Of a stretch of DNA of 20,000 nucleotides, positions 10,495 to 20,000 are shown piece by piece. Source of the stretch: Veleropilina oligotropha (Eukaryota); assembly GCA_048128005.1 (NCBI GenBank), contig JBEUKZ010000127.1:495956-515955 (forward strand). The letters run 5' to 3'. The notes beneath the pieces are model-generated. The model was not told the DNA's origin, did no database searches, and was given only the letters and a program-made list of their open reading frames with translations. The translations under genes and the position numbers were made by a program. Position 1 is the first letter of the stretch, and each line of letters opens with the position of its first letter.

Positions 10495-12048
10495 ATTTAC
10501 ATTGGTCGCTATTTATCTCACCACAGTTTGATTGCATTCGTACTACTATGAATGCAATAGAGAAAATAGGCTAGGTGTAGTAATACCGGACTATTTGACC
10601 CTGTTGGAATTCTACCGTCTGCAATTTTTTTTATTTTTCAAAGTATATTTGCTTTTGTTTAAATAAAACAATTTGGCCTACAGTCCTTAACACTATTATA
10701 ATATGTAAAAAATAAAAATATTGAAAGATAAATATCTAACAGGTCCGCTGGTCCCAAATAATAAAATGTTGTTGAATATATCATCCATGTAAGCAGTATT
10801 TATCAAAATAAAAAAGGTTAATCATCAGTAATTGCGCTTTTAAATGACAGCAATTAGCTCATAATTTATCCGTTACATGAACGACTCATTTCTCATATTT
10901 ATTTAATATTCAATACAACGTCTACATACACATACCGGTCGTGTTCCACATCCCAGCGCAAATCGTTTCCAGACCCGCTTCTCGCTAGAAAAACATGGCG
11001 ACTTCTCCTGTCGTGTAGGCCAAATCACGATTTTTTGTTAAATATAAATGGGTAAATGTTTCTTCATTTATAATTGTTATGCATGTAAAGATTGTCTCTA
11101 ATGTAAATATCAATTAAATTTATGAATTGATTTTAACAATATTGTTGATTCTTTTTACTACAGAATGAAAATCATGGAAGAACTCTATTTCGCACGATGA
11201 AAATGCTGTTCCGTTAAATGGGTGTTACCTGACGATATACAATATTTACTGTATCATAACAAACTAAATATTATACTTATTTTTTACGGGATTCTGGTTA
11301 AATACTAATGTAAATATTATAACTTACATAGTTTGTTAGTGACCGAATACGGATTTTACCGGGGTCAGTGGAAATTTCATATTGGGCGAGGCGATAGCCG
11401 AGCCCAATATGAAATTTCCACTGACCCCGGTAAAATCCGTATTCGGTCACTAACAAACTATGTAAGGTATTTATCCTGTCGACGACCTGCAAATATATTA
11501 TTACGTAATATTTTGATTAACGAAAATAAGTAAATATATTGTTAATAACGTAATAAAATGCATTGGAAATAAAGTAACAAATTTAATCATAACAATACCG
11601 TAATAATAGTTATATGCCACAATACAACAACGTAATAATTATGTATTATGATGTACATTATATAGCAACATAATACAAAAATATCATATCAAAACACCCA
11701 TTGCGACCCTTGGTGTAGCTCTGCAAAATCTGTCCAATGACTGGGCGAGTACGGGTGGCGGGAAAACGAGGTCACTCGACATTTTACGTTGACGTGATAT
11801 GAAACGTAGGCACTAGATATGGTTATTTTACATGGTCAGCACGTGACGTGATGTAACCAATGAATGTACTAGAATGTTGTCGGAGGCAGGATAAAAGGAT
11901 TGATCTGCATTTTGTTTGCATTTATGCTGGTATGAATGCAACCGGCAATTACATATTCTAAATAGAGCGCTAGCGCGCACCATAGAAGATGTAGTTGCTG
12001 GTTGAATTCATACTAGCATAAATGCAACCAAAATGCAGCTCAATCCCT
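10491..12048. mobile_element. Outer non-coding element with a terminal 64-bp-arm hairpin (11897-12046), inserted into the LINE
   Basis: Arms 11897-11960 and 11983-12046 pair with about 7 mismatches; the loop contains GCGCTAGCGC. Short inverted repeat ATATTTACATT(G)G at ~10493 pairs with CTAATGTAAATAT at ~11305. Boundaries partly inferred. Confidence 0.55.
11323..11894. mobile_element. Inner non-coding element with a perfect 65-bp-arm terminal hairpin, possibly a non-autonomous Crypton-like family
   Basis: Arms 11323-11387 and 11402-11466 are perfect inverted repeats around the loop GAGGCGATAGCCGA; imperfect inverted repeat TTATCCTGTCGACGAC (11471) / GTCGGAGGCAGGATAA (11879-11894); ATAA at both ends. 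Crypton assignment is recalled from similar loop motifs and is inference. Confidence 0.7.
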
Positions 12049-12106
12049 ATATATATATCATGTGCAATGCATGTGAACCGAGAAACTTTTTCATCGCCGC
12101 AGTAAA

Positions 12107-12360
12107 CTAATTATTTGTGAAACTTTCTAGTTTAGTTCCTTTTACCTCTATGTTCAAATCCGATGTCATTTTGCCTTTACTTGGAGAATAAAACCACATA
12201 CCCTTTGTCTTAGATACATTGAGTGTTAACTTATTTAGTTTCAACCATTTACAAACATTTAACATATCATAATTTAATGCATTTTCAATTTTATTTTGAT
12301 TTTTTTCGGCATAAAACAGTGCTGTGTCATCTGCATACATAACGATTTTACTGTGTCATG
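12107..12360 (-). mobile_element. LINE reverse transcriptase fragment containing the catalytic YADD
   Basis: SKIVMYADDTALF..NYDMLNVCKWLKLNKLTLNVSKTKGMWF; same strand as, and upstream of, the 10000-10494 fragment. Confidence 0.92.
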
Positions 12361-12441
12361 CATCCAATAAGGCGAGAAATGCGGTCCCCGTCGGTCGGGA
12401 AATCCTGTCTTCTCCTGACAGTTATGGACAAGATTAATGTT

Positions 12442-12535
12442 ACGAGACCACACGGGACCACACGAGACCACACGGGACCACACGAGGCCACACGGGACCA
12501 CACGAGACCACACGGGACCACACGAGACCACACGG
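12442..12535. repeat. 10-bp tandem repeat CACG[A/G]GACCA, ~9.4 copies alternating A/G (20-bp higher order)
   Basis: Read directly. Confidence 0.95.
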
Positions 12536-12706
12536 ATACCGGATGGCCCACCAAATTATTATGAAAGAGTAGTATTATTTGAGATTTACTTCCCATAGTC
12601 TCCAGCTATAGATATTGTGGTAACATAAGAAATAATAACTCCTGTTATTCAGTGCAGCCAATTTTTTGTTGTTGTTGTTGCCATGGTTTCATGTATAAAT
12701 CTTTAG

Positions 12707-12779
12707 GTTCTGCCGGTGCACTTAACATACAGATCAATGTAGGATTACGCCAGATCTGTAAATATGAGAAGGATTTGGA
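12707..12779 (+). CDS. Candidate upstream exon of the meteorin-like gene
   Basis: CTTTAG acceptor followed by GSAGALNIQINVGLRQICKYEKDLD, which would supply the domain's first Cys; no canonical phase-2 GT donor is present. Confidence 0.25.
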
Positions 12780-12923
12780 CTGATTTCGAAATGCTTCAAT
12801 ACATATTATAAATTAGAAAACTAGCGTTTATATAAATAGCGTTTAAAGCTTACAGGGCGTATGTGTTATTAAATGACTTTATCTGACAATTGTAACTTTG
12901 TTTTAACACCTACATTGTTACAG

Positions 12924-13135
12924 TGACCCGTTGGCAAATGCAGTTATGACAGCAAACAACAACGATGAGTGTGAAGAAGGAAATGTGTGGTGGAATTACC
13001 CACAAGGATCGCTGCGAGTCAACTTCCGGTCAAGCATTTTCCACGACTTTATTATCTGCTTTACTGATGGGTTCCGACAAACTCATGTACAGTACCAAAC
13101 ACTCGTTGGCAGCCGAGATATTTCTCACGACAATC
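12924..13135 (+). CDS. Internal exon of a meteorin-like (N-terminal CUB-like domain) protein
   Basis: Acceptor TTGTTACAG| (12923) and donor C|GTAAGT (13136); encodes DPLANAVMTANNNDECEEGNVWWNYPQGSLRVNFRSSIFHDFIICFTDGFRQTHVQYQTLVGSRDISHDN; C-x2-G-x-V-x-W-x-YP-x-G-x-LR matches the METRN/METRNL signature (e.g. CAEGAVEWLYPAGALR). Confidence 0.8.
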
Positions 13136-13409
13136 GTAAGTGTAAACACCCCCTCCCTTCCGATATACAAAGAGATAAGCGAACCCACACGCATAATATG
13201 ACGTGTTCCAATGCCATCGATGCTTGGGGACGCCTATTTCGAATCGTCTGTGACAACTTCATGGCTTATCCGAGCATTTATTTAGCGCTAGGAGTCGATT
13301 TGTATGGTATCGCAGGTGTATGATCTGAAATGATATATATATTTTATATTAATTTCATTTTTCAATTCGGAAGGACCGAGTGCTCTCTGGTCTCGTATCA
13401 ATTGGGTAT

Positions 13410-13551
13410 AAAGGAAAAGGAACGGAAAGGATCGATGCTTAATGTCCTGTATATTTACAACCATGAGGTTCAGAGCAGGATATGTCCATATTATCGCGGG
13501 AGGAAAGCCTGGTAGCCCAGGGAAATACGCTCTCCCCGGTCAACAACTGGG
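13410..13551 (-). mobile_element. 5'-truncated SINE copy (intronic)
   Basis: GGATCGATGCTTAATGTCCTGTATATTT is the exact reverse complement of the tail of the 7019-7285 SINE. Confidence 0.85.
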
Positions 13552-13876
13552 TATACGGCCATCGATCTCTTTCGCAACGCATTAACGATATTTATACGCC
13601 TAGACAAAAAACGCTATTCCACATGTGGCGTACAAAGAGATCGACATAACTGACCTCTTCTGGTCACAAAATAGGATTCATGTACAAACCAAGATGAATA
13701 GCCATGTTACCTTCGACATCAACGTAGCAAATTACGTCAGATTCATCTATACGTCAAGGTTTTGATTTGGTTATGCGTGTGAAAATCAACTTTTTAGGGG
13801 TGGTAATTAAAATTCACCTCTTATACGTACGTTATATGACAAAATAATACCTCAGCTTTTCATATAATCAGTTTAT

Positions 13877-14054
13877 TACGGAAGCGTAATAGTGCCACGA
13901 AGAGACATATTTTTTTCTCCTCTGGAAGAGATAATACGTCCTCCGAAGGAGATAACTAACCCTTCCGGAGATGATAGTATGTTCTCCGGAGGAGATAGTA
14001 ACTCTTTTGGAGCAGATAAAAAATATCTCACCGTGGCCCAAATACGGTTCCGTA
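13877..14054. mobile_element. 178-bp MITE with TACGG..CCGTA termini, ~38-bp imperfect TIRs, internal ~21-bp repeats and a 6-bp TSD
   Basis: GTTTAT at 13871-13876 and 14055-14060; five internal units resembling CTCCTCCGGAGGAGATA. Confidence 0.8.
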
Positions 14055-14374
14055 GTTTATTGTGTAATAACTTACGCCGTAAGTTGCATTGACCTGACAC
14101 TATTCTTATGCTTAGCGATCGCTGAATAAAAGTACAGCATAAATCGAAATTTACAAAAGAGCGAAAATCAATCTATTTTTCGGATTGTTGTTTAAATCGG
14201 ATTCATATCCTGTTTACTTTGAAAATATCGCATGATAAACGTTCGCATTAGAAAACTCACCGCCAAAAGATAACGTTAAATATTCGTAAAGTGCTATAAT
14301 ATGCAGCGTTAACTACTGTTCTTAGACAAGTGTCGTTGGTTGATGATTCTACATTGTTTAGTCTGTCATTTTAG

Positions 14375-14487
14375 AAAACGAGACATGCGTGGATTCCGCT
14401 GATGGTCTCGTGGAAGTCCAGTTCGACGCCCCACCAATGCTGATGTACATGACACTCACGGATTACCGTATTATTCCACGTGAGTAA
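14375..14487 (+). CDS. Next exon of the meteorin-like protein, completing the CUB-like domain
   Basis: Acceptor TCATTTTAG| (14374); the phase-1 join to 13135 gives (Q)NETCVDSADGLVEVQFDAPPMLMYMTLTDYRIIPRE*; ends either at TAA 14485-14487 or at donor C|GTGAGT (14480). Not in the ORF track. Confidence 0.72.
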
Positions 14488-15154
14488 TCCACACTCACTC
14501 TGCGGGATGTGATATGACAAATCGCACCAACCGAAAACAAATAGTTATTGACCTGTATCTGAGATGGCAATGACCCGAGAATTCGTAAATTTTGAGCGCT
14601 AATTGATTTGTCAACCAAGCCTGCGATAACCAATCCGGACAGCCGTGCAACACATCTAGTATTTGACTGAAAGAGACAACAAAGCCATAATTTGCTTACA
14701 TTATGAATATATATCCACAAATCGTTGAAGGTCCCTATCTTCTCAGACCAACATTTACGGCATTATTAAGCCATAATTATGTCATATAATATTTTAACTG
14801 ATTAAATGTGTCGTCGCCTGGGCTAGAACAATAGTCCACCTAACAGCCTCGGTTGGTTATACGACGTGTCAACCAATCAGCATTCGAGGTCGCTGATGAT
14901 GAACAACGTGCGTCACGTAGCTGCGTTGTAGTTATTTTTGTTGACAATTATCCAGTATCAGATGAAAATGTGAGTTTAGTTCTCGGCTTAAGAAGCGAGG
15001 AACCGCAAGAGAACATAGACCCAAAGCTACCCAATGTAGATAAATTGAAAATATTAGGCTATGATTCGCAATAACTTTGGGAATTAAATTGAAATGTTTG
15101 GTTTAGTTAAAATCGATGTTTATTTGCCCAGACCAAGACAATGTCTCATTAATA

Positions 15155-16647
15155 TACACAAAGGAAAAAGTAAGGCACCCCTAGATACAATTATTACTGA
15201 AAGCTCCCCATTCGTAATAATTGCAAAGTTCGTGATGAATATGTCACGAATGGTGTTTCGTAGAAATGATTGGACAGTACAATGACAACTGTGGCTTCAC
15301 ACAACAGAACGACATGCACGTGCATCATGCCACCCATACATTTCTCGAACTGCAAAATGAATACACTGCAATTGTGGACATTTAACGTCACTGTCTTGCA
15401 TTGTTGAAGTTTAATCGTTGAATATGGCACGTCGACGGTTATCAGAGGCCCAAAGATGGTATGCATTCGACAGGCATGAGCTTCAAAAGTATAGGATGTC
15501 AACTGAGGTATCATTATACCGTAATCAGCAGAGTGATACGAAAACACGGGCATACCAATGCTGTAAAGGATCGCACACGGAGACCTCGAATGACGTCAGA
15601 GAGCGAGAACAGGGCCCTGCTTCGGCTCGTAAGTCGTCAACCCTTTGCAACGTCACGTGGTCTGAAGAGCCAATGGTTACCCCATAGACGGATGTCAAGC
15701 AGAATAGTGAGGAATCGGTTGAAATTGGCGGGATTGAAGGCCAAAAAGGTAATCCAGCGTCCCGTTTTTGCTGATCATCATCAGAGACTCCGTTTAGCGT
15801 GGTGTTTGGCCCGGAGAGGTTGAAATCTGAGGACCTGGCGAAGAGTGCATTGGTCCCTGTTCCATGTCACAGATGGCCGATTGAGAGTTTGGAGACATAC
15901 AAATGCGGCCTACACACCCATAAACATAAGACCTACGACCTCCATTGATGGAGGTTCAGTAATGGTTTGAGGTTGCCTGTCACAAGATTGTAAGCTGTAT
16001 CTTGTCACCATCCAAGGCCTGTCCTGCAACCTGTTGTTGTGCCGCATTTCGATAGCCATACACTCGTCACCCGACCTGTGTACATGGATGACAATGCTAG
16101 GCCACATCGTTCACGAGCAATAACAGCTTTTCTCTAAACTGAGGCAGTGACGACCCTGCCCTGGCCTGCCATGAGTCCTGACCTCAACTCGATAGAGAAT
16201 GTTTGGGACATTTTGGGGCGTCGAGTACAGGCACTGAACCCATCTGTACAGACTCTGGCACAATTGGGATGAGACAAAGGGTGGAAGCTATCATCCGGGC
16301 ATGTGGCGGGTTTACTCGCTATTGATGATTTTTGTCATGAATGTCATCTTTGGACCCTAAATGACATTTTTAATTATCAATCGCGATGTTCAATTGTGTT
16401 TCTGAATTTGCACCTCCAAACTTATTGTGACTCCTTTTTTGGTTAAAATATATCATCTTGGAATGTTTCTCTTAATCATGATTAAAAGCTCATAACTGGA
16501 TAAACTGTGGCTGTTTTCTTATTGTCAAAGATGTATTCATGCAAACCACATTTGTATTTCCGAGCTTGTATCAGAGTTTTAACGCCAAACCTCGTGAGAC
16601 AAGTCATTGTGAAAAATACAGGGGGTGCTTAACATTTTCTTTGTGTA
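15155..16647 (+). mobile_element. Tc1-family DNA transposon, decayed
   Basis: Imperfect TIRs TACACAAAGGAAAAGTAAGGCACCCC / GGGGTGCTTAACATTTTCTTTGTGTA with TA flanks, enclosing a transposase pseudogene. Confidence 0.9.
15424..16270 (+). pseudogene. Tc1 DD34E transposase pseudogene
   Basis: MARRRLSEAQRW.. then (frameshift) GMSFKSIG..RPRMTSESENR..VRNRL..RLAWC; MDDNARPHR..WPAMSPDLNSIENVWDILGRRV with 34 codons between D and E; stops, frameshifts and deletions. Confidence 0.92.
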
Positions 16648-16945
16648 TATTATCACGAGAGGAGGCCAGATCGCCAGGATAAATTCACCAGTACTTACCA
16701 GTTATGGATAGCTATGACTGTTAATTACACAAATTGCACATTCAACGATTGATCGATGATTAGTAACCGGCAATATCCATATGATCGTGGGAGGGTAGCC
16801 CAGTCTATGGGGAAAAAGTCCACAAGGCAAATGTGGGTTTCAGAGAAATCGCCCGTTTGCAAACGAGTGTGCTTGCTAGGTTACTATATGCATATATTTT
16901 TCTCATGATACTCTTACCGGACCGCGTGCCTATCTAATTCATAAA

Positions 16946-17138
16946 GGCCGCTCTGGTAGCCGTGTGGTCTCGAGTGCCGACTCTGAAATCATTGAAGTGA
17001 CCAATCCAATCACAGTTCTCCATAACTTGCCGAAGATTGTGGGTTTTCCCGCTCCCCCCGCGAAATTATGAACATGTCCTGCTTTGAACCTGAAAGTTTT
17101 AAATATTCCAGACATTAAGGTACGATCGAATCTTATTC
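16946..17138 (+). mobile_element. Internally deleted SINE copy (family of 7019-7285)
   Basis: Starts GGCCGCTCTGGTAGCCGTGTGGT and shares ACATGTCCTGCTTTGAACC and GACATTAAG..CGATC. Confidence 0.8.
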
Positions 17139-17214
17139 ATAAGAATACGACAATGAACCCTGGTTTCGCTGGCGATGGATAACTTGAATTATTTAATTGA
17201 GCAATGAAAACAGA

Positions 17215-17661
17215 TTTTCACCGTTTATTGAAAGGCGTAAACGTCACAAACTTACTTTATTTGATAAAATAATGAATGGTTTGACTCCTCCATACATGCG
17301 TCTCTTAATATCACCAAATGTAAATCTTAGAACCGCGTATTCGTTGAGAAATTCCCATAATATTACTCAAATTGCATGCGAAAACCAATTTTGATTATGA
17401 TACAATTTTCCCTTCAAGTATAAAACTATGGAATGAAACTGATATTGCTTTGAGAAATGCTGATAAATTATCGACGTTTAAAAGGTTATTAAAATCCAAG
17501 GAAAAATCTGTACCTTCATATTATTATCAGAGAGGCGAGAGAAATGCACAAATTTTACATGCGAAACTGAGATTAAACTGTACTGACTTAAGAGCTGATA
17601 TGTTTATGCGCTTTATCTCAGAAGTCGTATCTTGTAACTATGGATATCATTCTGAAACAAC

Positions 17662-17665
<4 letters not shown>
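17215..17665 (+). mobile_element. LINE (CR1-like) ORF2 3' fragment
   Basis: ERRKRHKLTLFDKIMNGLTPPYM..YSLRN, then (frameshift) [35 protein letters not shown], a degenerate C-terminal zinc-knuckle region cut by the TA run. Confidence 0.82.
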
Positions 17666-18175
<510 letters not shown>

Positions 18176-18445
18176 TGTTACAGTAAATATGTATAATCAG
18201 TAAATATGTATATTTACTGAAAATTTCAGTAAATATGTATATTTACTGATTCCGTCAGTAAATATACATATTTACTGAAATTTTCAGGAAATATACATAT
18301 TTACTGAAATTTTCACTTATTCAGTATACATATTTACTGAAATGAACAATTGAATCAAGAAATAATAAAAACAAAGTCTAGATATGTTTGCTTGTTCACT
18401 TTGTTGGAGGTACTTATTATCACAATTTAACAACATGATCACAAT

Positions 18446-18635
18446 TTAACAACAGTTTTTGTTTTTACAGTCCAAGCTGGAATGGCATCTGGAATTACAG
18501 AGAACTTGAGCTTTGAAACATTTACACCTGTTTGCTTCACTCCTTTTAATACCAGCAGCGTTACATCTCACAAAACCTTGACCACCACAATTTGATTCAC
18601 GTTGAACAGCAGCTCTAAGCGAAATGTCACTATCA
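18446..18635 (-). pseudogene. Cys-rich C-terminus of the same transposase, out of frame after the internal deletion
   Basis: ISLRAAV..SNCGGQGFVRCN..NRCKCFKAQVLCNSRCHSSLDCKNK, the characteristic C-terminal motif of this family. Confidence 0.85.
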
Positions 18636-19361
18636 GTACACAAGTTCAGGCCAGAGTTGCTTCAGGTCACTGATGATCTGTGCGGTGAACTCCGATCCAT
18701 TGTCTGACTGCAAGATCGAGGGTGCACCAAACATCAACAAAATATCCAACAGCTGACTTGCCACTTCTGCAGCTCTCTTGGAAGTCAGGGACCTAAGAAT
18801 ACAGAATTTGATCAGGTGATCTTGATAGTTCATAATCCACTTGTGTTGACCGTGTGTCATAGATTGCATATCTATCAGGCCTATTTGGGCACGTGACCTG
18901 AAGTCTTTGGAGAGGATCGGCTTCACAACAACACCATTAGTAGTCACTCTGCTCTTCTTTTTTTGACAGTTGATACAGCAGGTCTTGAATACTTTCAGGG
19001 CATTAGTGGTGATGTTAGCGTACTTCTTGGTTGTCTCTTTCAGCATCTTGTCACAACCCCCATGACAGGTGGCGATGTGTGCTCTTTTGATGACATCGAA
19101 TGTTTGCTCGATGGAAACAAAGTAAATTGTATCTTCATCTGCCACTCTGCGTCTGACCAGCTTCTTCACATTCCCACACTCAAGTACCTCAAACTTCTTG
19201 AGTAGGTAGTATTCAAGAGGCGTCTTCTTAATGGCAGTGCTAGCATCAATAAGGTCGCCAATAGTCTTGTCGTACTCACGTGGAATCAGCACGCACTTGT
19301 TCACTTGATAAGTCTTGTAGAGATGTTCCTGAAAAACTGCTTTGATTTCTAACTCATCCAT
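18633..19361 (-). pseudogene. Truncated rve-type integrase/transposase similar to KRBA2/SCAND3 integrase domains
   Basis: H-x4-H..C-x2-C zinc motif (HIATCHGG..CINC), VVVKPILS, YQDHL.KF..LR.L.SKRAAEVA..L..I..FGAPSILQSDNGSEF; stops before the region carrying the catalytic E; QIGLID in place of the usual QVDLID. Confidence 0.9.
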
Positions 19362-19793
19362 TTTGGGAATGTGAGGATTTTTAAAAAATCAGAACTTTAT
19401 ACCTGCCTATAGATGATTGGCTTAATTAGAAAGTCATGAGAAGGAGATGAGATCTATTTGCATGTTTTCATTAGTAACCTAATCTGTGTTCATAGTCAAT
19501 GAGAAGCCTTATCTCAAAAGAAAGTTACTGATTAAAACAAGATCACAAACAAGATTATAGGAATCATGAGCTAGAGAGTTACTGTGAGAAAAAGCCTTGT
19601 TTAGGTCAATTGTCGAAGAAGTCTTGATTTCAGTAAATACGTATAATGAATCAGTGAAAATTTCAGTAAATATGTATATTTCCTGAAAATTTCAGTAAAT
19701 ATGTATATTTACTGACGGAATCAGTAAATATACATATTTACTGAAATTTTCAGTAAATATACATATTTACTGATTATACATATTTACTGTAAC

Positions 19794-20000
<207 letters not shown>

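Noticed and set aside
11298..11533. Near-identical ORFs on opposite strands
   Set aside because: A consequence of the perfect palindrome.
12274..12596. Cys/Trp-rich repetitive ORFs
   Set aside because: Translations of the 10-bp tandem repeat.
13136..13323. C-terminal half of ORF 12931-13323
   Set aside because: Follows a strong GTAAGT donor and loses family similarity; the domain is completed better by the exon at 14375, so this is likely intron read-through.
14853..15074. 73-aa ORF as a further exon of the meteorin-like gene
   Set aside because: No recognisable NTR or CUB cysteine pattern, and the surrounding sequence looks repeat-derived.

Overview
AT-rich, repeat-dense eukaryotic DNA, probably a marine invertebrate such as a mollusc (inferred from the repeat families; not provable here). 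Most of the window is transposon debris: an internally deleted Ginger2-like (KRBA2/SCAND3-type integrase) element with 168-bp TIRs inside a (TA)n tract, a decayed Tc1 DD34E element, two mariner-like remnants, several MITEs, CR1/L2-type LINE fragments, tRNA-derived SINEs and several mini/microsatellites. Among the repeats are two plus-strand exons (12924-13135 and 14375-14487) that splice in phase to encode a meteorin-like N-terminal (CUB-like) domain, plus a stop-containing paralogous segment on the minus strand (8418-8745). Two nested non-coding elements, each with a ~65-bp-arm terminal hairpin, interrupt a LINE at about 10491-12048. All identifications come from reading the sequence by eye; no database searches were run.
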